From Octopus bimaculoides (taxonomy: Eukaryota), in NCBI RefSeq assembly GCF_001194135.2, contig NC_068983.1:159354303-159418302 (forward strand): 64,000 bases of DNA, written 5' to 3'. Positions within the stretch are counted from its first letter, which is position 1, and the number at the start of each line of letters is the position of its first letter. A program made the position numbers and the translations under genes. Shown piece by piece: positions 1 to 12,451 of this stretch. A model generated the notes under the pieces. That model was not told the DNA's origin, did no database searches, and was given only the letters and a program-made list of their open reading frames with translations.

Positions 1-43
<43 letters not shown>

Positions 44-80
44 CACACATATGTATGCGTGTGTGTATGTATATTTATGT
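1..80. repeat. (TA)n/(TG)n compound microsatellite
   Basis: Direct dinucleotide runs at the window start. Confidence 0.95.
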
Positions 81-81
81 A

Positions 82-312
82 TGTGTCTGTTTGTCCCACC
101 ATCGCTTGACAAACGATGTTGGTGTGTTTACGTCCCTGTAACTTAGCAGGTGTGCAAAATAGACCGATAGAATAAGTACTAGGCGTACAAAAAAAAATAA
201 AAGAAACAAAAAACAAATCCCGAAGTCGATTTCTTCTAATAAAAAAGAAATCTAAGGTGGTGCTCCAGCATGGCCTCAGTTAAATGATTGAAGCAAGTAA
301 AAGAATTAAAGA
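82..312 (+). mobile_element. SINE family 1, 3' half
   Basis: Shares ccaccatcgcttgac...gtttacgtccc...gatagaataagtact...ggtgctccagcatggcc...gaagcaagtaaaag with many other copies in the window. Confidence 0.85.
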
Positions 313-419
313 AAAGTATATCCATCTATCCATGAACCTATCCATCCAGCCAGCCATCCAGCCAGCCAGACAGCTAGTTAGCCAGTCGGCTAGGCAACCA
401 GTCGGCTAGGCAGCCATCT

Positions 420-975
420 TCTCTGCCTATTATTCATGGGAGGGTCACAAGAGTAAAGTCCTCAGCCTCCTTTTCCGTAAGTTTCTATCAGAAGCAACCG
501 TCATATTTTCCAACCGGAATTCCTAGTGTGACCAACTAAAACTACAGGAATTAACAAACCATCTCGTTCTTGCTAGTTGGTTGGTCTTGAAGAATCCGTC
601 TTGCGATTCTTTCCTGCCACATTCTCATCACGTGTCCATAATACCGGAGCTGTGACCATTCAATACGAAGAAACAACTCGATCTAGAGGGACTTCGTGAT
701 CTCCAAGCTACGCATCCTGTCGAGTAACGTTACTTCAAAGATCCTTCAGACGGCCCTCATTTTGGAAGCTTGTATTCGCCACCGAACATTTTCGGTCATT
801 ACCACCATTCACGACCATAAATAAAGATAAGTACAAAATTGAAAATAACAAGTTTGGCTCGTTTATCAACTTCCCTCTACCGAGGATCGAACGCTGGAGC
901 TGGATCATTACTGTACCAACACTTGTAGTTCTAGCATATACTAAGCATTTTTGGAAACAGAAGTTGCACAACACA
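420..975 (-). mobile_element. Degraded RTE-clade LINE, 3' part of the RT ORF
   Basis: Minus-strand translation gives EVTLLDRMRSLEI...IEWSQLRYYGHVMRMWQERIARRIL, matching the RTE C-terminal pattern QLRW.GHV.RM; stops and frameshifts present. Confidence 0.75.
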
Positions 976-1176
976 CTAAATAAAAGTAGATTTACAGTTG
1001 GAACAAGAAAGGTTACGGATTGATCAAAAATGATTTTAGTTAACGAAGTGCAATGTATGTTAACAGTTTTTATTAAATATTATAAAGTCATTTACGGCAG
1101 TTCCGGGGTTTATTATGGAGCATTAGCTTTCGTGCAAAAGAAATTAGGATGGCGTGTGTATGATCATTCTACGCAT

Positions 1177-1346
1177 AGGTGCAGGTATGGTTGTATAGTA
1201 AAAAGTTTGCTCCATAACTTCGTTTCCTGGTTCAGTTACACTTCATGGCCCCTAGGGCAATTCTCTTCTACTATATTCCCTGGTTGACCAAAGCCCTGTG
1301 AGTGGATTTGGTAGATGGAAACTTGGAAACTAAAAGAAACCCGTCG

Positions 1347-1402
<56 letters not shown>

Positions 1403-1600
1403 CGTCTGCTTGTGTCTTCATGTTTGTCTCCCAGCACCAAGTTACACCGGTGTTGGTTTGTTTACGTCTGCGTAACTTAGTGGTCGGGCATACTAGTAGA
1501 ATAGGTACCAGATTTTCAAACAAGGTACTGGAATCGAACTGTTCGACTAGAAGCCTAATAAGCAGTGCTCTAACATGGTTGCAGTCCAATAAATGAACGA
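1177..1600 (+). mobile_element. SINE family 1, diverged near-full-length copy with internal (TCTA)n
   Basis: Diverged tRNA-like head, gaccaaagccctgtgagtggatttggtagatggaaac core, (TCTA)n at ~1348-1400, then family 3' half. Confidence 0.8.
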
Positions 1601-2463
1601 TAGGAATAAATTAAACCCATTTAGATTCAAAACTGGCAGAGAAGATATTTAAATTAATAAACCTAGCGTACGAATGTAGTATATATATATATATATATAT
1701 ATATNNNNNNNNNNNNNNNNNNNNNNNNNNNNNNNNNNNNNNNNNNNNNNNNNNNNNNNNNNNNNNNNNNNNNNNNNNNNNNNNNNNNNNNNNNNNNTAT
1801 ATATATGCACATAGATATGAGTGTGCATGTATATTGATGTATGTATAATATCGATTTAAAATGGAGGCGGTTTTATGTCAATGGGTTTAATAGTATAAAA
1901 AAATATAAGTTAAAAGTGTTATGTTTGTTTTAGATAATGCATATATTTCGTTTGCGAGTAAAGTACGTAGACAAATTAGAGGGATTTCCACAAGGGTAAT
2001 TGTAGTCCTTAGCCGACTTAACGCCAAGCGAATTTAGTTTCCTTAGTGATTTATTGTCAGGCCGCTAAGTGTCTGGCATAAATACATAGATGATATTTTT
2101 CCAAATTATAGTTGTTTTGAATGTTTATTATAAAAAGTTTATCCGAGAAATGTGAAGGCTAGCAGATGTGGCAAAGATATAAATAAGATTAATTCTCTGG
2201 ACTTCTCTGTTGAAATTTGCAATAAATCTGTAGTTACTAATGTATACAATATGACTAACGTGTTAAATTTTTGCACATTGTGCCTCATTTACCTTAGCGA
2301 GTTTTGGTAACTAATAAGAATTTTCCTTTAGCACACGTGAGTCCATATAGATCGGATGAAAAAAATAGTAGCTCTTTGATTGTATCGTCTAGATGGTCTA
2401 GCGTGAGGTATATGACATCCTTTGCATCTTGATGTGTTTTTTATTCTCTTTTAGTGTTTACCC

Positions 2464-2640
2464 ATTCCAGTCATTAGGCTGAAACCATGCTAGAGTACCG
2501 CCTTGTAAGTTTTTTCGAACAAATTGACTCAAGTACTTATTTTAAACCTGGTATTTATTCTATCAGGCTCTTTGGCGCAGCGCAAATTTATGAGGGCGTA
2601 AACAAACCCAAACTGGTTATCAAGAGGTAAATATAAACAC
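2464..2640 (-). mobile_element. SINE family 1, 3' half
   Basis: Reverse complement of the family tail (cagtcatt...ccatgctagagtaccgcc...aagtacttatt...gtaaacaaac). Confidence 0.7.
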
Positions 2641-4432
2641 ACACACACAGCGGGATTCTACAGGGTTTCTGTCGATCAAATTCAGGTTTATAGAAATTGA
2701 CACTTGTGACGAGAATTGAGAATGAAACTGAAAATACATCGTTGCAAAGTAAACTGCTTGAATACACAGCTATGTCCAGCATACTGTAAAATGTATTAAT
2801 AAGCAATTTATTTCTAAGTATATTGTTACTTATCAATTATTATTGGTAAATATTAATTTTCGTCGTGTAAGTTTATGTGTACGATGCAAGTTGGTCATAG
2901 TTTGTCTCGTGTATCTTGTTAATTACTACTACTAAGTATATTTATGTTTTAGCTTTTATCGTGTATGTTGATGTTTGGAACATGTCCATTTATGATTTGA
3001 GGTCCAGGTACGGGTATTTGGATTGCATATTCCCAAACAGTGTTGGACTTTTTCCCATAAAGCTATTTGACTATAACGGAAGTAGTGTTTCTACCTTAAG
3101 TATCGAAATCAAGCTGACATCCGATAAGTAGCAGAAGATGAACATTTTCCCGTTGTTAAACTGGAATTTGTTGTTTCGTCATGTTTCTGCTTGATACTGC
3201 CCGGTGGGCTGTTTTTATGTTTGGTTTGGTTTTAGTGTACTTCACCGGGATTAATTAGATTCCTAGGTGGAATTAGTTATGAGTTTAGATATAGCTTTAC
3301 TTTGCAGTTTGAATAGTTCTAGTTTAGCACGGTGAGATCGCTGTTATGAAGCGAATATGAAGTACACACACACACACACACACACATTCACACACAAACC
3401 CCCACACATCATAAATATGTATAAAAAAGTCATGTACCTTATATTAAATAAACATATTTTATCTTGTTTTGAAAATAGAACCTGCTGATAAACTGCAGGA
3501 TCTTCAATTGGTTTAGTCTTTTGTGAAACACACATAAAGGATCGTTGTCATTCCAGCTACCGAGGCTATGAAGCTTACAGTTACTTGTAGCAATGTAAAC
3601 TAAATTAAGATAAGCATAACAAAGTTTACATCATATTACAAGATACATAGACGGGTATTAACAACTAGAATACAAATGCAGGTGGCTATGAATAAATATG
3701 CATACAGAAATATATACGAATAAACAAACATGAATTCTAAAAAAAGAACAAAACATAAAAGAAACCATGCCACATGACCACTTTATAGGCAAATGTTTGA
3801 TTGAAATCTCTAGCATTTTTTGGGGTCAGCGACTGCAAGGACCACATTAAATACCTTTCTTGATCTGTTCTTGCTTCTGGAAAAAATCTGTAGTTTTCCG
3901 AGATAGTGACGTCAGTAAGTTGCCAAAGCAGCCTTTAAGAATATGTACACCGACACCTTCAAAGCAGAAAAGGTTGGCAAGAGTATGTCAGTTGAAAACT
4001 ATATATATATATATATATATATNNNNNNNNNNNNNNNNNNNNNNNNNNNNNNNNNNNNNNNNNNNNNNNNNNNNNNNNNNNNNNNNNNNNNNNNNNNNNN
4101 NNNNNNNNNNNNNNNNNNNNNNNNNNNNNNNNNNNNNNNNNNNNNNNNNNNNNNNNNNNNNNNNNNNNNNNNNNNNNNNNNNNNNNNNNNNNNNNNNNNN
4201 NNNNNNNNNNNNNNNNNNNNNNNNNNNNNNNNNNNNNNNNNNNNNNNNNNNNNNNNNNNNNNNNNNNNNNNNNNNNNNNNNNNNNNNNNNNNNNNNNNNN
4301 NNNNNNNNNNNNNNNNNNNNNNNNNNNNNNNNNNNNNNNNNNNNNNNNNNNNNNNNNNNNNNNNNNNNNNNNNNNNNNNNNNNNNNNNNNNNNNNNNNNN
4401 NNNNNNNATATATATATATATATATATACATA

Positions 4433-4743
4433 CAAGTATAGTCGTCACTAAAGTAACAGCGGATGCTAGTCAGCACTAGTATTGCTAGAAATAAGAGTCA
4501 AAACAACTGTTAACCACGTGAGAACCCTTTTCTAAAGACTGACAAGGGAGACAAGCCCCCTACGGCAAGCGAGATGGAGTCATATCAGCTCTGATTTCAG
4601 ATCTCGCTTGTCGTAGGGAACTGGTCTCCCTTGTCAGTCTTTAGAAAAGTGATATCACGTGGCAAAGAGTTGTTTTAACTCTTATTTCTAGCGACGCTGG
4701 TGCTGACTAGCACTCTCTATCACTTTAGTGGCAACTATACTTG
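4433..4743. mobile_element. Foldback/MITE-like element: ~310 bp imperfect palindrome
   Basis: Arms caagtatagtcgtcactaaagt... and ...actttagtggcaactatacttg; complementarity continues inward (ttttctaaagactgacaagggagac / gtctcccttgtcagtctttagaaaa) to near 4590. Confidence 0.8.
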
Positions 4744-4814
4744 TTGCCTTTCGGTTGTAAATTGCGAATAGCTACCTTAATAACACATGCGCGCGCCCGT
4801 CTCTCACACACACA

Positions 4815-4854
<40 letters not shown>

Positions 4855-5804
4855 TTTTATATATGACGTTGACCACTAACGTGGGCATTTAATGTGCTAG
4901 AAATAGATCACATCTTGTGTCTAATAAGACCTAAACAATTTAGGTCTTATTAGACACAAGATGTAATCTATTNNNNNNNNNNNNNNNNNNNNNNNNNNNN
5001 NNNNNNNNNNNNNNNNNNNNNNNNNNNNNNNNNNNNNNNNNNNNNNNNNNNNNNNNNNNNNNNNNNNNNNNNNNNNNNNNNNNNNNNNNNNNNNNNNNNN
5101 NNNNNNNNNNNNNNNNNNNNNNNNNNNNNNNNNNNNNNNNNNNNNNNNNNNNNNNNNNNNNNNNNNNNNNNNNNNNNNNNNNNNNNNNNNNNNNNNNNNN
5201 NNNNNNNNNNNNNNNNNNNNNNNNNNNNNNNNNNNNNNNNNNNNNNNNNNNNNNNNNNNNNNNNNNNNNNNNNNNNNNNNNNNNNNNNNNNNNNNNNNNN
5301 NNNNNNNNNNNNNNNNNNNNNNNNNNNNNNNNNNNNNNNNNNNNNNNNNNNNNNNNNNNNNNNNNNNNNNNNNNNNNNNNNNNNNNNNNNNNNNNNNNNN
5401 NNNNNNNNNNNNNNNNNNNNNNNNNNNNNNNNNNNNNNNNNNNNNNNNNNNNNNNNNNNNNNNNNNNNNNNNNNNNNNNNNNNNNNNNNNNNNNNNNNNN
5501 NNNNNNNNNNNNNNNNNNNNNNNNNNNNNNNNNNNNNNNNNNNNNNNNNNNNNNNNNNNNNNNNNNNNNNNNNNNNNNNNNNNNNNNNNNNNNNNNNNNN
5601 NNNNNNNNNNNNNNNNNNNNNNNNNNNNNNNNNNNNNNNNNNNNNNNNNNNNNNNNNNNNNNNNNNNNNNNNNNNNNNNNNNNNNNNNNNNNNNNNNNNN
5701 NNNNNNNNNNNNNGTACAAGTGTTATTTACCATAGCTTCAGGTCGCCACAAGCATTGATAGTAAAACTGGGTAGAATGAAACTGTTAAGAACCCCATCGG
5801 GTGG

Positions 5805-6093
5805 ATTCCATCCGTAATTCAAAGGTCCGGCCTTGTCATATTTTGTGTTACGCTGGTTCTATTTGACTACTCTATCAACTCTTTAAGGCCGGGTATAAAT
5901 AGAAAATATTTTCGTGCTGGACGCAAAAAAGGGGGAAAAAATACAGGATGAATTAATGAAATAGCTGATTACGCAAAGGTGGCTTATATACACCCATCTT
6001 CTTCACAATTTAGCAATGTGTTAATATGCCACACCGAACCTTAATGAGTGGAATATTTGGCCTCATTCGCATAAATTTCCATTAGCGGGTAGT
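5805..6093 (+). repeat. Copy 1 of a ~280 bp direct duplication
   Basis: Nearly identical to 7863-8135. Confidence 0.9.
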
Positions 6094-6772
6094 CAGCGAG
6101 GAGTTGACTTTTAATAAATACAGTGGAGAAGTTTTCAATGAAGATGTTGAATCTGAGAGTAAAAGATAGAAAGTGAGGATAGACGTGATGTACATAAGAA
6201 ACTCAACTGACATCAGTTGTTTGCCGGTTTTATAATTTAGATTAATGGCTGAATCATTTGATAAATAAATAGATAGTTAGATGGATAGGCATACTGATAG
6301 ATAGCTGGGTATACGTATATGGATGGACGAATAAATAGACAAACCTTTTAGACGTTCGATAGATAAATAGATAGATAAATACAGTCAGACAGAGTGATAC
6401 AAAATTTAGTTAAAATAACGTTACACATAACTATAGAGCGTACATTGTTACATAATTGGTATTGTTCAATAGCGAACATTCTTGGACTTGAAAAATCCAT
6501 CACGAGGCGCCGATTACTTTGACACCATCTTGTTGACCTGCCAAATCAGGAAGCTCGGCATTGTTACTGTTTGAGGAACAATTTATATGTTTCAGTATGT
6601 CTCGACTGTTTCGACGATTTAAGATGATTATTTTTAATGAAATGCGTTTCGGCTACCCAAAAGTTTAGAACACCCACTTTTTCTCACTAAGATCTGCTTT
6701 GGCAGTGACTGGTCAAACCCCATTCTTCTGAATGCTATTTTTTTCACTCAGCCTTGATGATCCCATATACTC

Positions 6773-7195
6773 TCTCTTTACTCCTTTTACTCTTTTACTT
6801 GTTTCAGTCATTTGACTGCGGCCATGCTGGAGCACCGCCTTTTAGTCGAGCAAATCGACCCCAGGTCTTATTCTTTGGAAGCCTAGTACTTATTCTATCG
6901 GGTTCTTTTGCCGAACCGCTAAGTTACGGAGACGTAAACACACAACCATCGGTTGTCAAGCGATGCTGGGGAGACAAACCCAGACACACAAACATATACA
7001 CACACACATATATATATACATATATACGACGGGCTTCTTTCAGTTTCTCTCTACCAAATTCACTCACAAGGCTTTGGTCGGCCCGAGGCTATAGTAGAAG
7101 ACACTTGCCCAAGGTGCCATGCAGTGGGAATGAACCCGGAACCATGTGGTTGGTAAGCAAGCTACTTACCACACAGCCACTCTTGTGCCTATACA
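6773..7195 (-). mobile_element. SINE family 1, full-length and little diverged
   Basis: Minus strand: tRNA-like head gtggctgtgtggtaag...ggttccgggttcattccc, core, CA/TA microsatellite, tail gactgaaacaagtaaaagagtaaaaggag. Confidence 0.92.
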
Positions 7196-7576
7196 TATAC
7201 ATTTGTCCTTAACGTGCTCGTCATGGTTGGTGTCAAGTACGGCACTCAGCTATTCTGGTGTAGCACCCATTCAGAAACTTATGTAGGATAAACTTCAGAG
7301 TCCAGCACTCATAGAAACATTGTCATATGAAGTCTACTGGTGCATTGCATACAAGAAACAGCTGTTTCGTTAGTGGTGTTTGAAGTTCCGCACATTAACC
7401 ATGTCACTCAGGGCCTCTATAGAAAAGCTTTCCTCATTTTTATTTCTTACTCGGCAAGTCGACCCATGAGTCTAAATATTTGAAGTCTCAGAGCAGTGAC
7501 TCCGGTTGAAATAGTGTCTTGCTCCGGGACACAACGCGTCGCTGCGAATTGAACTAACGACAGAGAAGGGAGCTTC

Positions 7577-7851
7577 TTGGGGAAAAAGGTTCTTCTCTCT
7601 ACCTGGTGGGATTGCAAAGGAGTAATTCACTTTGAACTGTTACCACCTAATGCAACAATCAATGCTCAAGTCTATTGTCAGCAATTAGAGCGTTTGAACC
7701 AAGCTATGAAGAAAAAAAGACCCGCTTTAGTGAATCGAAAAGGAGCGATGTTTCATCAGGACAATGCGCGATACCACACTGCAAAGATCACATCACAGAA
7801 GATCGAAGAGCTTGGTTGAGAAAAAATTTCTCATCCACCTTATTCTCCCGA
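7577..7851 (+). mobile_element. Mariner transposase catalytic-domain fragment
   Basis: KKVLLSTWWDCKGVIHFELL...YCQQL...FHQDNARYHT...HPPYSPD motifs; one in-frame stop; truncated by a gap. Confidence 0.92.
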
Positions 7852-7862
7852 CNNNNNNNNNN

Positions 7863-8135
7863 ATTCCATCCGTAATTCAAAGGTCCGGCCTTGTCATATT
7901 TTGTGTTACGCTGGTTCTATTTGACTACTATATCAACTCTTTAAGGCCGGGTATAAATAGCAAATATTTTCGTGCTGGACGCAAAAAAGGGGGGAAAAAT
8001 ACAGGATGAATTACGCAAAGGTGGCTTATATACACCCGTATTCTTCACAATTTAGCAATGTGTTAATATGCCACACCGAACCTTAATGAGTGGAATATTT
8101 GGCCTCATTCGCATAAATTTCCATTAGCGGGTAGT
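7863..8135 (+). repeat. Copy 2 of a ~280 bp direct duplication
   Basis: Matches 5805-6093 with a few substitutions and a ~16 bp deletion; starts right after a short N gap. Confidence 0.9.
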
Positions 8136-9538
8136 TCATCCATTTGAACAACTGAATAACCGTAATAGATAACCGACGGTGATCAATTTACTTTTATTAA
8201 TATCCACACTTCATTTAGGGAATATTTTTGTGATCAAAGATAGTAGAGTGTCAGAAAAAGCAGAGCATCAGACTAGACTAAAATTTCTTACTGTGTTTAA
8301 TTTCATTTAAATTATTAATGGAAATCCTGTCGCGGTCAGCTTTGCTTTTCATTTGTATCTCGAACTTTATCAACCGTCTAGTGATTCCAGGGTGGCAAAA
8401 AACTTCCGGACAGGCACCGGAGTAGATACAATTAATTTCACTCTTTCCAACAAATTTATGGTCTTGCGCCAACGAAACTAAAATTATATTTATGCAGTCA
8501 GATTTAGTTAATATGTTATAAGATTTATGATATATTTGGCCCGAGAATCTCGTCTTCGGTTAATGACTAATATGCTTGGTGCTACAAAGTATTTTCTTCC
8601 TATAATGGGAGGATTGGTTTTAGAGTGAACTAGTTGCTATTTCTAACACGTCGGACAGCCACATAGAAATTCTGTCGTTGGCTTGTGATTAATGTTTTCA
8701 TCCATTAGATGGTAGCTAAAGCACACACGGTAAGTTCCCGGAGGGCTACTCGGTAACATGTTTTATGATATCTGATCGAATATATTATATTTCATTTACG
8801 CTACTAATGCTCTGAGCAAATACCACGAGTGTTGCAGTTCCCCATCTCCATTCTTTGTATACCTAATGAAAAAAAAAAGAAAACAAACAAGCAAAAAACA
8901 AAAAAACAAAAACAGTTTTTTTCTGTTGGTATCTAGTTTTTTTTTTTTCTGGTGGTATCTCAGTATTCTGTTACTAAGTGAAGTTTTGTTTTCTCTTCTA
9001 TTATGCTACCCGACTACAAACAACCGATGAAATTTTAATACGTACCAAGATTCAATTCACCGAATTTATCTGATAAAACTGAGGTGTGTAATTATAGCGA
9101 ATTTATAGTGAATTTTCAGTTGCTTTGCTTCATAACTCTACGTTGCAATATGGTCTTACACATCTAATAAAATGTTGTTCAATAAAATCAAAGATAAACT
9201 ATGAAATCGGTTCCTTTTGCTGAAACCATTCGCCAAAATGACGAAAACTAGTCAAAAGTCGGTTAATGATTCCAAATATACAAACTGATCTCGTCAGGCG
9301 TAAAGTGAAAAATGTAGCAGCTCTCTTAGATTTTCTTTCTTCAGTTCTTTCTTTCTTTCTTTCTTTCTTTTGGACGACTCTTAGAAAGTAAAACAAATGT
9401 GTGAGAAAAAAAAATAGAAGAAAATTTGTAAATAATTATGTAATTGGGCAATCCAATCCGTCAGTTACCTGGTTTCTATTTTTATAGTGTAAGTTCGTAA
9501 AATAAGCATCTTATATGTTAGAACTACATAAAGCTTAC

Positions 9539-9630
9539 CTGGTACAGCTGTATTTGATCCAGCAAACACTAGTAGGTCGAGCAGAGTAGAGAGATGAGTT
9601 GGAATGCGGGGTGATGGTGGTTTTAAGCAT
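9539..9630 (-). CDS. Putative first coding exon (exon 9638-9539) of an unidentified minus-strand gene; MLKTTITPHSNSSLYSARPTSVCWIKYSCT
   Basis: Acceptor ttgttttctttag|, donor cag|gtaagc, ATG in CCAGCCATG context, open frame to the donor. No homology recognised. Confidence 0.4.
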
Positions 9631-10298
9631 GGCTGGAACTAAAGAAAACAAGTTTGTTTTTCGTTTCCTTAGAAATTTCTTCTTTCCACTTGAATATGTG
9701 ATTTGCATAACGTTTATTTTAGTTTTTTTCCTTCCAGTTTCTGAAAATCTGAAACAGACAGTTTAGTACAAAAGGAAAAAAGAAAAGAGAAAAGAAAAAG
9801 AAAGATTATAGGTATTTTAGAACCAAAAAGGCAGCCGTTTTTGCTGTGAAGTTTATTTCCTTTGATTACAACTCCAGTAGTCTGACTATAACATCTGAGC
9901 AGAGAAAACGAAAATGTTTTGTAAGATAGTGTGGGTGGATGAGTACACTAAGATCTCCTGTATACACTAAATACGAATTACTGAAGGTGAAACAAAGTAC
10001 TAAAACGTTTTAACACCATCCGGTTATAAATAACAGGAATCTGTATTAGGTTGAAGACTTCAGGTAACAGTGAAACAAAGAAGGACGGAGAGAAATAGAG
10101 GCGTTAGAGATAGGCGGAAAAAGAAAAAAAGAAGTTACACATATTCACTGTGTTTGTTTTTATTTCTAATAATGACTTATACTAGAGAAAGTTTCTCTAT
10201 CTGTCTTTCCTTATCTCTCTCTTTCCTTATCTCTCTCTTTCTCTTTTTTCTCTCCCTCTCTTTCTCTCTCGCTCTTTCTCTCTCTCAAACATATACAT

Positions 10299-10344
<46 letters not shown>

Positions 10345-10731
10345 TCATAGACACGCGCGGTCCCTGTTTTCAATGATGCTCGCCTGCGGAAGTCCTAACG
10401 TAGTGCATAAGTGTAATAAATAGCATTTTCCTACCCTCTCAACTATACTGCGCTCATCAAATATTGGTGGATATTTCTGATTGCAAAATACTGCATGCAT
10501 CAGATTAATGACTGGGAAATATATATTTAAGATATGTGCATGTATATTTATTATATACAAACTCATATACACACTTACACACACACACTAACAGACACTT
10601 ACACACGCCCACTTCTCATAAATATATATTTCCCTACCTGAGAGATCTAATTGCATGTTGTATGTATAACACTCACTGAAACTCATCTAACATTTGATAC
10701 AATAGTTGCAGAAATACCTATTGAATAGTAT

Positions 10732-11118
10732 TTGTTTGTTGGCACTCCGTCGCTTACGACGTCGAGGGTTCCAGTTGATCCGATCAACGGAACAGCCTGC
10801 TCGTGAAATTAACGTGCAAGTGGCTGAGCACTCCACAGACATGTGTACCCTTAACGTAGTTCTCGGGAATATTCAGCGTGACACAGTGTGACAAGGCTGA
10901 CCCTTTGAATTACAGGCACAACAGAAACAGGAAGTAAGAGTGAGAGAAAGTTGTGGTGGAAGAGTACAGCAGGGTTCGCCACCATCCCCTGCCGGAGCCT
11001 CGTGGAGCTGTAGGTGTTTTCGCTCAATAAACACTCACAGCGCCCGGTCTGGGAATCGAAACCGCGATCCTATGATCGCGAGTCCGCTGCCCTAACCACT
11101 GGGCCATTGCGCCTCCAC
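10732..11118 (-). mobile_element. SINE family 2, full length, 12 bp TSD
   Basis: tRNA-like head gtggaggcgcaatggcccagtggttagggc...gtttcgattccc, short CAA-like tail; attgaatagtat at 10720-10731 and 11119-11130. Confidence 0.93.
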
Positions 11119-11959
11119 ATTGAATAGTATGGTATATTAAGAACTAACAGGAGAGAAAGGAATCACGGCTAAGTTGTATATCTGCGCACATCTCACACCA
11201 CTTGTTTGTTGTCACATTCAAACTCGGTATGGGAGACACAAATAGTACATATAAGACTCTAAGAAGTTATATATTTATTACATATCACCCACCAAATGCT
11301 CCAAATCACATGGATAAGTTTGAAGTCTGACGAAAATAGAAGTACTAACAAAACTGGACCAATATATCAGTGTACTCCTTGTGGGAGAATTTACCCTATC
11401 CAGTGTCAGATGGTCTGAAGGCTGCTTTCGTTCAGGAACGACACGGCATAAATAAAGCAAGCAATATCTCTGCTCAAGCTCACCAACATGGTATTTAAGG
11501 AGCAAGTAGCACTCCGCCCAGGGTTAACAATATTTTGGATTTCTGCTTCACAAATAATATGGAACCCATTCATAATGTGAAAGTGACACCAACGTCAGTT
11601 TTGGATGATAAGTAAGAAGTTATCATCGAAACATGTAGCCTGTAAGAACCACCTAAACTTTATCCAGTCTGAATTTGCGCAAAGCAAACTGGAAATTTAT
11701 AGAGAAAAACCTTCAAGCAGATTTAGCATAAATGTCTTGCTACACATGACAGTGACTTTAAACTTAACGAATTCATGTCTGTGATACAAGCCATATACAT
11801 TAAACTTGTCCCGGAGAGAAAAACCAACTTGCACAAGAATGAAGTTCCAAAGAAGAGAAAAGTTCTAATGAGATGAATAATTAAGATTGCATACCATGTA
11901 AATAAACAATCAAAAACAGCGAAAATGTCAGGAAAAAGAACACCGTTAGAGACTAAAAC

Positions 11960-12450
11960 AACTTTTCAATATTCCCATGAAAAAGGAAGTTCAGATAAAG
12001 AAAGCCTGTGTTATAACAATGTAAAAATAAGCCCTATGACTTTGTTCCAAGAAAATGGCTCCATGATTGCAAAACCCAATAGAATAAGTGAAATACTGAA
12101 CGAGCAAACCACAAGTGTGTCCTCCTCCCCTCTGGGACATATGCAAGTGAGCAAATCAAACGAGTCCTTTGCCACTACGTCTGTACATAGGGAGACAACA
12201 ACGATCGATTAAATAGTAGTTGGGCTCTATTGGCCACCCTTAACTCCTTTTCTACGCTTCAAGGAATGCCTCAACAGAATAAAGTATTTCATCCATCAGT
12301 GTCATGCGGACAACATATTAATGATGCGGAACTTCAACCTTTCCGGTGTTGATTGGTCCACAAACAACTAGGTTTTTCGGCCTCAACCCCTGATAAGGAA
12401 GCAATCGAATTGATTTTTGATTTCATGGATGAGTTTTTCCTAACCCAACT
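11960..12450 (+). mobile_element. CR1-type LINE debris (linker and AP-endonuclease fragments)
   Basis: ISEILNEQ..SV linker-like segment, then VVGLYWPP...ILMMRNFNLSGVDW...FDFMDEFFLTQ, an endonuclease-like LYRPP/GDFN pattern. Confidence 0.65.
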
Positions 12451-12451
12451 T

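Noticed and set aside
2660-3330. Possible additional PLE or LINE remnant
   Set aside because: Looks like decayed coding sequence, but no diagnostic motif could be read in any frame.
3860-5751. Long ORFs in the track consisting of X runs or YI/CV/HT/poly-I/poly-L repeats (here and throughout)
   Set aside because: They are translations of N gaps and microsatellites, not genes.
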